Below, in pieces: positions 19,172 through 28,177 of a DNA stretch of 64,000 nucleotides; the first letter of the stretch is position 1, and each line of letters begins with the position of its first letter. Location of the stretch: the sequence record NC_031245.1. The stretch is one strand, 5' to 3'. Position numbers and translations under genes: made by a program. The notes under the pieces were generated by a model, which did not search any database, was not told where the DNA came from, and saw only the letters and a list, made by a program, of their open reading frames with translations.

Positions 19172-20806
19172 ATGTTACTGGAAGGTGGATTACTAGCTGC
19201 TGGACTTAGTATTTGGGGTCTCTACAAATACGAAACTAATCCGTCCACTCAATTTAAACGTAAGCTCAACGATGCTATGAATCGTGCAGGATTACGATTT
19301 AAATTCAAAAATAAATCTGGTCATGAAGTAATTGAGAGACCAGTGCTACTATCTATAGAGCCGAGTGAATATGGATGGAAAACACAGTTCCGATTACCAG
19401 TAGGGATGGTTCCTGATGATATTGTCGAAGCTAAGGCAGTTCTTGAAGGAGCAATCAACGCAGAGTTGGATCTAGATTATGAAGGACAATTGATCACAAT
19501 TAACTTCTATACTCATCCAATTCCAGAACCTGGTAGTGAGGCAGCTATGTATAGTAAATCGTTAGTAGAGCAAGTCCAGAAATATCCCTTAGGAATACCT
19601 ATAGGTCATAGTAAAGTAGGATTTATCGTTCATGACCTATCTGAAGGCTCTGCACCACATCTATTAGTAGGTGGTCAGACTGGTATGGGTAAAAGTAATA
19701 TTCTGAATTTGATTATTACTACCCTAATCAAAGCCTATTCGAAAGACCATGTTCACATCCACTTGATTGATACTAAGATGGTGGAGTTCTTTAAGTTCAA
19801 GAATTTAGATCATGTACGTTCCTGCTCGATAGACATCAGTGATGGTGTAAAGTCTGTAACTAATATTCAACGTGAATTGAGAGAACGTCAGAAACTCTTA
19901 ATGACATCGGGATATAGTAACATCCTTGATTATAATCGCGATAGCGATGAATCCGAGAAGTTACCTTTCATCGTACTCATTGTTGATGAATTTGGTGATT
20001 TCCAAGGAGTAAGTGACTTTTGGAAACCTGTTGATGAGTTAGGACGTAAAGGAAGAGCGATGGGTATTCATGTCATACTGTCAACTCAAAGACCTGATGC
20101 TCAGACGCTACCTCCTAAAGTCAAAGCTAACTTAGCAGGAGTTGTTTGTCTAAAGACTAAAACTAAATCAAACTCCCAAATCCTACTTGATTCAACTAGG
20201 GCATTTAAGTTACCACTCAAGAAAGGTCGAGCTTTATTTCAGCTCGATGGATTGAGAGAGGTACAAATTCCTTATATTGAGGAAAAGGTATTGGAGGAAC
20301 AACTTGGTATCTTAATCAATAAAAGGTTCAGAAAAAGGAATGGCGAAGTGGTCATCCTTGATCCTAGCGAACGTGACTACGATAGAGATGTCGTAAATGT
20401 CACTCCTAATCCTGAAAGTGATACTGAATACCTTAATAGTGCATCACTCTTGGGTATATCTGGCTCAGCTGAGTCACATCAAGATTTAACAGCTAATAAA
20501 GTTCAGCGAAAATCACTACCTAATCCTGAGTCTTCTAAGTCGGAGCGTAGTAACTACATCGATACCGTTAAGGAAATCGAGAAGTTAGAAGCTCAAGCAT
20601 TCAAATACAATGAAGAGATGAACGATTTAGGTAGAGAATTATACGAGTTACATTCCAAGTATATTAGTGAAACCAATAGTCGGATTAAGTCACAGTTATC
20701 CAAGTCAGGGTTAGAGGTCAAAGAGAAATATGAGAATCTACAGAAACATCGTGATGATCTTCTCTTGAAGTCCACTCAACTCAGAAAGACGTTAGGTAAG
20801 AAATAA
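19172..20806 (+). CDS. FtsK/SpoIIIE-family ATPase
   Basis: N-terminal TM, PHLLVGGQTGMGKS Walker A, LIDTK..EF, LIVDEF Walker B, GRAMGIHVILSTQRP. Confidence 0.93.
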   Translation: MLLEGGLLAAGLSIWGLYKYETNPSTQFKRKLNDAMNRAGLRFKFKNKSGHEVIERPVLLSIEPSEYGWKTQFRLPVGMVPDDIVEAKAVLEGAINAELDLDYEGQLITINFYTHPIPEPGSEAAMYSKSLVEQVQKYPLGIPIGHSKVGFIVHDLSEGSAPHLLVGGQTGMGKSNILNLIITTLIKAYSKDHVHIHLIDTKMVEFFKFKNLDHVRSCSIDISDGVKSVTNIQRELRERQKLLMTSGYSNILDYNRDSDESEKLPFIVLIVDEFGDFQGVSDFWKPVDELGRKGRAMGIHVILSTQRPDAQTLPPKVKANLAGVVCLKTKTKSNSQILLDSTRAFKLPLKKGRALFQLDGLREVQIPYIEEKVLEEQLGILINKRFRKRNGEVVILDPSERDYDRDVVNVTPNPESDTEYLNSASLLGISGSAESHQDLTANKVQRKSLPNPESSKSERSNYIDTVKEIEKLEAQAFKYNEEMNDLGRELYELHSKYISETNSRIKSQLSKSGLEVKEKYENLQKHRDDLLLKSTQLRKTLGKK

Positions 20807-20807
20807 T

Positions 20808-21269
20808 ATGGAAAATCGTAGAAGCTTACCTACTTGCATAGAAATACTTTGGGGAGGAAAATCCACGATCTTGAATCAGAATGATAATTTGAGGAGAGTG
20901 TGGTTATCCATGAAAACAATAGTCCAAACAATTGATAAAGATGCAATCGTAGATAAAATGTTCAATGAGCTAAAGCAGGAATTTGGCAATGAAGGTATCG
21001 GAATCCTATTCCCTAATTTATCTCAGTCTGAACAAGCATCCAGTGCTGTAGAAATCTACGATACAGAAGCTATTGAGTCAGTAGATACTGCTCAAGAAGG
21101 TATGCGACTTCTTCTGAACGAAGGAGAGGTTACTATATCCAATCCTGTAGAGACGGAGAAACTCAGTCGTATACTTCGTACTCTCAATGTTGATCACATC
21201 AAATTAAGTAATTCCGATGAAGATTACGCATTGTTCGTACTTCAAGAGGATGTATCTAAACTAGTGTAA
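20808..21269 (+). CDS. hypothetical protein
   Basis: ORF track; true start may be downstream. Confidence 0.7.
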   Translation: MENRRSLPTCIEILWGGKSTILNQNDNLRRVWLSMKTIVQTIDKDAIVDKMFNELKQEFGNEGIGILFPNLSQSEQASSAVEIYDTEAIESVDTAQEGMRLLLNEGEVTISNPVETEKLSRILRTLNVDHIKLSNSDEDYALFVLQEDVSKLV

Positions 21270-21311
21270 TTTGGAGGTGAGTAGGCTAGAGTTCTGCTCT
21301 AGCCTATTTAT

Positions 21312-21710
21312 ATGATAATTGGTATACATAAGCAACCTAGATTGCCTGAATCCGAAGCAGGTTTTAAGATTGTAGCAGGAGACACCTTAGAAGATGTGTA
21401 TAAGTCCATAATCCAACAACTAAGACTAGAAGATGGTCAAGATGGGGATATGACTACTATCACCTTCTCTAACGGAACTCAAGTAATAGTCCGTAGGGAA
21501 GTATCATGGGATAATCCAGAGGACTTAGAAGATGATGACGCACCTGATGAATTCTCAGAATTTGACGAAGAGCTAGGTAGTGAGCACGACTTCGTTGATG
21601 TATTCGTAGAAACTCCAGAGATCCGATTCAGAGAAATTAGTTCTACTAATTTGTCTGTAGAAGAATTGATCCCTATATTCACTAGAACAATTTACAGATA
21701 TGAGGAGTGA
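21312..21710 (+). CDS. acidic hypothetical protein
   Basis: ORF track. Confidence 0.75.
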   Translation: MIIGIHKQPRLPESEAGFKIVAGDTLEDVYKSIIQQLRLEDGQDGDMTTITFSNGTQVIVRREVSWDNPEDLEDDDAPDEFSEFDEELGSEHDFVDVFVETPEIRFREISSTNLSVEELIPIFTRTIYRYEE

Positions 21711-21716
21711 TTCTCG

Positions 21717-21962
21717 ATGCATTTAACAGAACAAGAAGTGGAAGCAATAGTTAAGTCTACTCCAGGAGTGGATACTGTTCGAATTGAACAGCAACCTTCA
21801 ATCGTCTATATCCATACCAATCTGAAGTGGTGGGCACCTAAACTATTGGATGCTAGAAAGATATTCCTCCATTTGAATTATATTTTGGAGGTACGTAAAG
21901 TTGTTGGAATTCAGGTTGCTATACGTCTATACTCTTGGAGAGGTAAACTTCTTGAAGAGTAG
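21717..21962 (+). CDS. hypothetical protein
   Basis: ORF track; GAGGAG RBS. Confidence 0.75.
   Translation: MHLTEQEVEAIVKSTPGVDTVRIEQQPSIVYIHTNLKWWAPKLLDARKIFLHLNYILEVRKVVGIQVAIRLYSWRGKLLEE
21903..21931 (+). promoter_or_regulatory. phage-specific promoter motif (intragenic)
   Basis: GTTGGAAT-N10-ATACGTCTATA-CTCT-TGGAG, inside 21717..21962. Confidence 0.6.
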
Positions 21963-22014
21963 GAGTTCTCCGCTAATCAGTATATAGAAGATTATAATAG
22001 GTGGAGTTGATCTT

Positions 22015-22548
22015 ATGACACTAGCTAGTGAGCTAAAGGGTTTGGTAAACAAGAAATTATTAGGAGTCGGGAATGATGGGACTATGTACTTTGAAGGAGG
22101 GACTGCAGTAATCCCTCATCAATACGAAACTTATGTTGAAGGTTACAGTCCTAAAGGACTCGACAAAAAGAAGATTAAATTTTACAGTACTAAATTGTTC
22201 GAGGAAGAAGAGATCCGTATTCAAGTATTTCAAACCAGTGAAGGTATCTCAGTCTATACTCATGTAGAAAATTCTCTGGCTCAAATAGATACTACTTGGT
22301 GTTCAGAAGAAGTTTATAGCATTAAGGGATTGTACATCAATCGGATTATAGTTCCTAAGAAGATAGGTAACCGAGGAATAGCGACTAAGCTTATCCAGAA
22401 ATTGATAGAAGTCAGTGAAACTAATTTACTCCTAGAAATCAATGCATACGGAGATGTTAGTGAGAAGAAACTCAGAGAATTCTATCTAAAATTTGGATTC
22501 GAACCTGCTAAAGATCTTCCAGGATTGTACGTAAGATTAGCTAAATAA
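22015..22548 (+). CDS. GNAT-family N-acetyltransferase (C-terminal domain)
   Basis: INRIIVPKKIGNRGIATKLI acetyl-CoA motif A; LREFYLKFGF. Confidence 0.8.
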   Translation: MTLASELKGLVNKKLLGVGNDGTMYFEGGTAVIPHQYETYVEGYSPKGLDKKKIKFYSTKLFEEEEIRIQVFQTSEGISVYTHVENSLAQIDTTWCSEEVYSIKGLYINRIIVPKKIGNRGIATKLIQKLIEVSETNLLLEINAYGDVSEKKLREFYLKFGFEPAKDLPGLYVRLAK

Positions 22549-22570
22549 AGAATATGGGGAGAGGAGTTAG

Positions 22571-22891
22571 ATGAGTAGTCCCGAAGTCCGTAACTTGATA
22601 GTCGGGATCTACGGTAGAATCGCTCACAACTTAGTAATGTACAGGATTACCGATAGACACGATTATCTTAATGAATTTCTATCACATGCTGCTAAGATAT
22701 TGGTTCAGTCCAATTTACCTGATGAAATCATTGGAGAGATAATCAACAAAGCAATGGAACAGTCCGACCTCGAGTACAAAATGTATTTGGAAGGAGTCGC
22801 CATAAGAAGCTTTGGAGGCAGTGAAGTCACTGCTGAATCCTTAATAGGTTTTCATTGTGAGAGACTACTAGAACTTCTAGCTAAAGACTAA
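22571..22891 (+). CDS. hypothetical protein
   Basis: ORF track; GAGGAG RBS. Confidence 0.75.
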   Translation: MSSPEVRNLIVGIYGRIAHNLVMYRITDRHDYLNEFLSHAAKILVQSNLPDEIIGEIINKAMEQSDLEYKMYLEGVAIRSFGGSEVTAESLIGFHCERLLELLAKD

Positions 22892-22898
22892 TTTTATT

Positions 22899-23114
22899 AT
22901 GAAAAACTTGACATCTAAGAAATGCAAATCATGCGATAAGGAATTTCCATTGGAAGTATTCTCCATACGTAAATCAGCACAGGATGGTCGAGGTAATACT
23001 TGCCCATCCTGCAAGGATGAATGGAGAAGTGGACATACTAGGAGGTCATCAAGAAATGCCAGAAATTATCGAAGCTCAAATGTTAGTAGACGGACTACAG
23101 CAAGTAGTCGGTAG
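22899..23114 (+). CDS. small Zn-ribbon protein (HNH N-terminus-like)
   Basis: KKCKSCDKEFPLEVF..QDGRGNTCPSCK. Confidence 0.6.
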   Translation: MKNLTSKKCKSCDKEFPLEVFSIRKSAQDGRGNTCPSCKDEWRSGHTRRSSRNARNYRSSNVSRRTTASSR

Positions 23115-23913
23115 AACTATTACTAAGGTAGAAAAGTTGGATACTAATAACATAATCAATAATGAGGACGAATTCAAAGAATTCGTAGAAGGCAGTACTA
23201 TTACTGTAGTGTTCCGAGTAGGTAAGAGACCTTGTCTTGTATTAAATAAAGGAGGTGAGAATCAAGATAATCCTGATATGTTAGGCGAAAGTCGAGTTGT
23301 AGATATATTCTTATCCATGGCTGGAGCATTAATGATAGATAAAGAACATAAGAACTCCCGAGTTAAGTTTACCCTGGATAACGGTCAAGTAATCTACTAT
23401 GTGGATGGTCGCAAATGGGGTAGGATGACGTTGAGGACATCAGAACAATGGGAGAAGAAATTTAAGACTTCAGCAGTTGATGCTCTTAAAGCTAGCGATG
23501 AAGAACTCGCCAAGCGACTACTTGAAGTCAAGGATAAGGATAGATCAATGAAAGCCATATTAATGGATCAAGGTATTATAATAGGTCTTGGAAATGTGTA
23601 TGCTCAGGAAGCACTGCACGATGCAGGTATTCATCCTCAGAGATTATTAAAAGATGTAAGTCCTACTGAATTAGATAAGTTAGGTACAGAAATTAAAGTA
23701 ATGCTTGAAGAGTCCTACAAACTCGGAGGACTTAGTATGAAAGACTATTTGCACGTTGACGGATCACTAGGTGAAGCGTTCAATATCACTAAAGTCTATC
23801 GTAAGAAGAAGTGTGGAACTTGTGGGGGTCGAGTTGATAAGATACGACAAGGTGGTCGTTCAACTTATTACTGTTCTAAATGTCAACCGATGGAGGTAAT
23901 GACTAATGCCTAG
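23056..23913 (+). CDS. mutM: formamidopyrimidine-DNA glycosylase (Fpg/Nei)
   Basis: N-terminal MPE at 23056 after GGAGG; DGRKWG, H2TH LMDQGIIIGLGNVYAQEAL, Zn finger CGTCGG..RSTYYCSKCQ. Confidence 0.93.
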   Translation: MPEIIEAQMLVDGLQQVVGRTITKVEKLDTNNIINNEDEFKEFVEGSTITVVFRVGKRPCLVLNKGGENQDNPDMLGESRVVDIFLSMAGALMIDKEHKNSRVKFTLDNGQVIYYVDGRKWGRMTLRTSEQWEKKFKTSAVDALKASDEELAKRLLEVKDKDRSMKAILMDQGIIIGLGNVYAQEALHDAGIHPQRLLKDVSPTELDKLGTEIKVMLEESYKLGGLSMKDYLHVDGSLGEAFNITKVYRKKKCGTCGGRVDKIRQGGRSTYYCSKCQPMEVMTNA

Positions 23914-24364
23914 GTATGATTATAAATACGTAGAGGAAGAAATGAAGTACTATGATGGTCCAGTAATCTTGAAGCTAGAAGGATTTAAGTACGAAACTCA
24001 TAGGAGTGAAAGACTACCTGCAGACTTCCTTAATATCTTATGTGATAACGGATGGGAGCTTGTGGACGTACGTTACCGACTATTCAGAAAAGAATTACCT
24101 GAAGCTGAAGAGATATACGACGACGAGTACTCAAAAGAGTCCTACGATATTCGTAGCTACGTCCCTAGTGCAGGATTCCTATTAATGGAACAGTCCTACG
24201 TTGACAAGATAAAGATGTTCAATAGTCAGATCCACGATGTTGAAAAGGATATGGCTAATTCGAGTCGAACGAGCTACCAATTGTTAGAAACTTATCGGAA
24301 TGAGTTAGTTAAACTAAGGGATCAACTCGAGCATAAGCTTGAAACTAGGTACAGAAATAAATAG
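23906..24364 (+). CDS. hypothetical protein
   Basis: ORF track; GGAGG RBS. Confidence 0.75.
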   Translation: MPRYDYKYVEEEMKYYDGPVILKLEGFKYETHRSERLPADFLNILCDNGWELVDVRYRLFRKELPEAEEIYDDEYSKESYDIRSYVPSAGFLLMEQSYVDKIKMFNSQIHDVEKDMANSSRTSYQLLETYRNELVKLRDQLEHKLETRYRNK

Positions 24365-24381
24365 GAGAGGAAGACATCCAG

Positions 24382-24747
24382 ATGCCAGCACCATTAGACA
24401 TCCAATTAGTCAAGTTTATCAAAGCTAACAAAATCCACAAGTACTACCAGCATTATAAAACTAAAGGTTATTACAAAATCAAAAGTCTATCATTTCATAC
24501 TGAGGAAGTAGACTCTCAAGGTCATCCAGCCATTATGGTTAACTATGTTGATCAGTATGGAGTTAGGTGGACTAGACCTTACGATATGTTCTTCTCTACA
24601 GTGGAACATGATCTTAATGAAGCAGTAGCTCAATCTTCAGCTACTGGAGTTTCTCTGAATGATCTGCTTGCAGTGCAAACACCTAGATTCAAAAAGGTAA
24701 GTGCTAAAGAGTACTACCTTTCCAAGCTAAAATCAAAAACTGCTTAA
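24382..24747 (+). CDS. DUF1653-like protein
   Basis: YQHYKTKGYY..HTEE..VNY..WTRPYDMF. Confidence 0.7.
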   Translation: MPAPLDIQLVKFIKANKIHKYYQHYKTKGYYKIKSLSFHTEEVDSQGHPAIMVNYVDQYGVRWTRPYDMFFSTVEHDLNEAVAQSSATGVSLNDLLAVQTPRFKKVSAKEYYLSKLKSKTA

Positions 24748-24760
24748 GGAGGATTCGATT

Positions 24761-25114
24761 ATGGAGAAGAATAGAAGAGATGCATTTAGACTGGAGAACT
24801 TACAGATTTCTTGTAAGTACGGCAACTGTGCTGAAGGAATTACTAACCTAGTAGACATCAGTGCAACTGGTGCTAGACTAGCTGGCAAGATAGGTGATGT
24901 AGGGAGTCCAATAACTATAACTTTCAGAATTATGGATAAAGCATTCATTAGAACTGGAACTATAGTTTGGGTGGATAATCAGTACACTGCAATGAAATTC
25001 TCTAAGACTACTCCTAGAGAAGAATCCGAACTGCTACGTAATATCTTCCAAGAAGATATCAAAAGGAAGTATGAGTCAGAAAATAATCAAGAAAAGTTAG
25101 CTCAAAACGAGTAA
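24761..25114 (+). CDS. stand-alone PilZ-domain c-di-GMP receptor
   Basis: RDAFR (RxxxR) and DISATG (DxSxxG) followed by a beta-barrel pattern (GTIVWV..AMKF). Confidence 0.85.
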   Translation: MEKNRRDAFRLENLQISCKYGNCAEGITNLVDISATGARLAGKIGDVGSPITITFRIMDKAFIRTGTIVWVDNQYTAMKFSKTTPREESELLRNIFQEDIKRKYESENNQEKLAQNE

Positions 25115-25128
25115 GCTAAACGTCTACA
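25100..25128 (+). promoter_or_regulatory. phage-specific promoter motif (variant)
   Basis: GCTCAAAA-N10-AAACGTCTACA. Confidence 0.6.
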
Positions 25129-25175
25129 GTCTTGAGCCAGTTGTTGGCTACAAAACTGTGGAGGTTGATCTCTTT

Positions 25176-25910
25176 ATGACACGAGTAGTTGAAACTTGGG
25201 AAACGAACCTAGGTAAAGTTTTTGAACATCCTACGTTCTATTTCGCATGGGATACTGAAATCCCTGAAACATTTGATTTTCATCATATGAAGCTTTCCTC
25301 GAAACCTAGTCAAGCTCAGTACCGAGGTACTAAAATTCTTAAGATAAGTTCTGAACACTTGGATCCAGATAAAATCCATCCTGTCTCGAGTGATCAGTTA
25401 AGGTGGTTTCTTGGATCTGATATCGAGTATAGTGGGTCGATACCTTCGGAGCTAGTCAGTGAGCACAAAAGGTTGCTAAATGGTCCAGACCTTGTTCTAG
25501 ATCTTAGTAAAGCTTATGTGAAGGTAGATCCTTCGGTAGCTTCAGACTTAAAATGTATAGTTATACCAACAGGTTCACATAAAGATGTAATCATATCATT
25601 CTGGGGAGGTGTAGTCCAATCGCTGAAGGTAGGTGTAGGTCATAGCTACATAGCTTACTCCATCAGTGAGAGGTTACCTGCCATCCATACTCAAGGGTAT
25701 AATGTCCTATGGGATGAAATTACAACTCCTATATTTCTTAGTTGGTTGTTACCGACTTTCGAGTCGAAGGTTCATACAGAGCAATTTCAAAAGATACTGG
25801 CTTATGCTTTCTTGGAGAATGATATAAAGTTCGAGCCTAAAATAAAGAATAAGATACCTTATGCCTTATTCGAAGAAGTCATAGATAGGTATCTCAAAGC
25901 TAGAATCTAA
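25176..25910 (+). CDS. hypothetical protein
   Basis: ORF track; ATG 25176 after GGAGG. Confidence 0.8.
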   Translation: MTRVVETWETNLGKVFEHPTFYFAWDTEIPETFDFHHMKLSSKPSQAQYRGTKILKISSEHLDPDKIHPVSSDQLRWFLGSDIEYSGSIPSELVSEHKRLLNGPDLVLDLSKAYVKVDPSVASDLKCIVIPTGSHKDVIISFWGGVVQSLKVGVGHSYIAYSISERLPAIHTQGYNVLWDEITTPIFLSWLLPTFESKVHTEQFQKILAYAFLENDIKFEPKIKNKIPYALFEEVIDRYLKARI

Positions 25911-25917
25911 TTTCAGT

Positions 25918-25941
25918 AGGACTCCTTCGGGAGTCCTTATT
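25918..25941 (+). terminator. terminator-like hairpin with UUCG tetraloop
   Basis: AGGACTCC-TTCG-GGAGTCCT-TATT. Confidence 0.65.
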
Positions 25942-25952
25942 ATAATTTAGGG

Positions 25953-26270
25953 GTGAAAGATATGAGTAGTGCTGTAGAATCAAGATTGCAGAAATTGATG
26001 TATTCAAATGATCCTAATGTTAAAGCTTTAGGAATTGTTGCTGAGGTAATGATAGAGAACAACAAACAAGTAGTTGAAGCTATTAATAACCTAGCTAGTA
26101 ACTCTCCAGTTGAAGAAACTGAAAGTACTATTACTGTTGAAGCTCTGAACACTAGGATTGACCTAGCAGTAGCAGAGTTAGTTAAAGCTTATGCAGTTAA
26201 GAATCCAGATGAAAAGGATCAACGGATCAAGTTAGCTATTGAAACTCTAGGTAGGAGTCTATTAGGTTAG
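25953..26270 (+). CDS. hypothetical protein
   Basis: ORF track. Confidence 0.75.
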   Translation: MKDMSSAVESRLQKLMYSNDPNVKALGIVAEVMIENNKQVVEAINNLASNSPVEETESTITVEALNTRIDLAVAELVKAYAVKNPDEKDQRIKLAIETLGRSLLG

Positions 26271-26298
26271 CTCGATCCGAGCTTCCTAGACGTCTATA
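26270..26298 (+). promoter_or_regulatory. phage-specific bipartite promoter motif
   Basis: GCTCGATC-N10-AGACGTCTATA-GTTG-TGAAG. Confidence 0.8.
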
Positions 26299-26345
26299 GT
26301 TGTGAAGTTGGTTGAAACTTCAAGCTTACATAGGAGGTAGTATTT

Positions 26346-26588
26346 ATGGCGACAGCACTAGTATACAGAAAAGGTCATCGTCAATACAGAACTTTGATGG
26401 ACAAGCCACCTGAGCAATTATTGCAGGAAGGTTACACTCACGTAGTGCAATTCTCGGTCGAGAATCTTGACGTAGCTACCGATAATATTAAATCAGCTAG
26501 AATTATTTCAACACTGTATGATGGGTTAATCGGTATATTTAAATTAAAGCGGGATGGCTCAGAAGTTATCCTAGTTGAAGTAGAGTAA
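26346..26588 (+). CDS. hypothetical protein
   Basis: ORF track; AGGAGG RBS. Confidence 0.8.
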   Translation: MATALVYRKGHRQYRTLMDKPPEQLLQEGYTHVVQFSVENLDVATDNIKSARIISTLYDGLIGIFKLKRDGSEVILVEVE

Positions 26589-26605
26589 TTCTAGGAGGTG
26601 GTAAC

Positions 26606-26653
26606 ATGTTAAGATTGATTGCTGTAGTTCTCACATGCCTAAGCTTGAGATAA
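26606..26653 (+). CDS. 15-aa hydrophobic peptide MLRLIAVVLTCLSLR
   Basis: AGGAGGTGG RBS; below the ORF-track cutoff. Confidence 0.4.
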   Translation: MLRLIAVVLTCLSLR

Positions 26654-26660
26654 ATTTCTA

Positions 26661-26696
26661 CCTTATAAGTACTTAATTAATTAAGTACTTATAAGG
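26661..26696. repeat. perfect 36-bp palindrome
   Basis: CCTTATAAGTACTTAATTAATTAAGTACTTATAAGG equals its own reverse complement. Confidence 0.95.
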
Positions 26697-26858
26697 GCTA
26701 GAAAGCTTCTAGAAGGCTCAAACAATCGGGGCGAACCGCCCTTCGCTGGGACTTGTTAGAGCCTTGTAGAAGCCTTCTACAATTCTAGAAAGCCGTTAAA
26801 GACTCAACTTGCGGTTGCCAAGCGTCGAAGGTTAAGAGATTGTAAGGTAGGTGATTTT

Positions 26859-27074
26859 ATGAAATTAAATGAAGCAGAACCTCGTCGTAAGGTAGTCTAT
26901 ACACCATACATCGGGTGTCCTGATCATTTAAAAGAAGAAGGAGTTATTACTACAGTTGGTACTAGGTATGTTTTTGTGAGATACGGAAACGATATTCACT
27001 CAAAAGCTACTAGTCCAGAAGATCTGGAGTATGCCTTCGATGATAAAACGTCTGGAAAGGTGATGGAGTCGTGA
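26859..27074 (+). CDS. hypothetical protein
   Basis: ORF track; AGGTGA RBS. Confidence 0.8.
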   Translation: MKLNEAEPRRKVVYTPYIGCPDHLKEEGVITTVGTRYVFVRYGNDIHSKATSPEDLEYAFDDKTSGKVMES

Positions 27075-27169
27075 AGTTGTTAGCGTGGTCATCAATTATA
27101 TGTTTAGGGAGTTCTCTTATCTCCTTGATGATTTTCAGTGTATCAACTTTTTACCTGTATGTTTAGGAG

Positions 27170-27394
27170 GTGAGCAGATTGGAGCTTAACTGGTTTCAGA
27201 AGTTGCTAACGAAGTTGGCTAGTCGTATTTTACTAAGGTACAAAACTGTAGAAATTCGACCTAACTCGCTCATCATAGTTAGTGGACACCAGTATATTGT
27301 CAAAAGAACTGAAATATATGCTGGAGGTCAAGTCGAACTTGAAGGGGAAGAAGTTGGACAATACCTAGATTCAGTTAGAATCACACAAAACTAA
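27170..27394 (+). CDS. hypothetical protein
   Basis: ORF track. Confidence 0.7.
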   Translation: MSRLELNWFQKLLTKLASRILLRYKTVEIRPNSLIIVSGHQYIVKRTEIYAGGQVELEGEEVGQYLDSVRITQN

Positions 27395-27426
27395 TAAACT
27401 TACATAATTCTAGGGAGAGTGACATC

Positions 27427-28125
27427 ATGGCAAATCAAACACAAGTCAAACTTAGTATTTATGGAGAAAAGGTACCTACAGTAGATTTCGAAGGTCAAGG
27501 TTTTAATGACAACCATCTCGAACTATTGATCAAAGGTACATTCTCAGCATTAGGGGTACCTGCTGAAGTACTACAATCAACTTCTACTAAAACATCTGTT
27601 GAAGTAGGCAATGATTCTAAAACAGCTAAGCAATTAATTCGTGAACAAGCACCTTTTAATACTGGTAAGGAATACGACGTACCTGTAGATATTCCTGCTG
27701 CACCACCTACAATTAGCGAATCTAAGTCAGTATCTAGACCTAGAACATTACCGCTAATCGGAAATGGAGGTACAATCGGACTTGAAGAGAGATTATCCTC
27801 TGATAAGGTAGAAGCGTTAAAGAAAGTAGCTTTAACTCAAGCTCCAGTTACTTCTGATACGAGTGAAGAGCCTGATTACTACAAAACTGGTATTAAGCAC
27901 AAGGACGACACACCTTTATACAAAATACACTATAAGTGTCCTGAAGGTCACAAAGGACGTTACTATATCCCATTAGGTACTAGTGAAGTTGAGTGCCGTG
28001 AATGTGGAGTGTCCTTAACTGTTGAACCTGCTAATCCTGAGAAGGGATTTGGTACTACAGAAGCTCACCGTGATGATTGGGGTAACTTCTTCGTAGCATA
28101 TACACCTTCAGAAAATCAAGCTTAA
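27427..28125 (+). CDS. hypothetical protein with C-terminal Zn-binding motif
   Basis: YKCPEGH..VECRECG. Confidence 0.75.
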   Translation: MANQTQVKLSIYGEKVPTVDFEGQGFNDNHLELLIKGTFSALGVPAEVLQSTSTKTSVEVGNDSKTAKQLIREQAPFNTGKEYDVPVDIPAAPPTISESKSVSRPRTLPLIGNGGTIGLEERLSSDKVEALKKVALTQAPVTSDTSEEPDYYKTGIKHKDDTPLYKIHYKCPEGHKGRYYIPLGTSEVECRECGVSLTVEPANPEKGFGTTEAHRDDWGNFFVAYTPSENQA

Positions 28126-28136
28126 TAAATAATAGG

Positions 28137-28158
28137 GAGGTGGGCACTAACCCACCTC
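28137..28158 (+). terminator. terminator-like hairpin
   Basis: GAGGTGGG-CACTAA-CCCACCTC; weak U-tract. Confidence 0.5.
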
Positions 28159-28177
28159 TAATTCCAAGGAGGAAATT

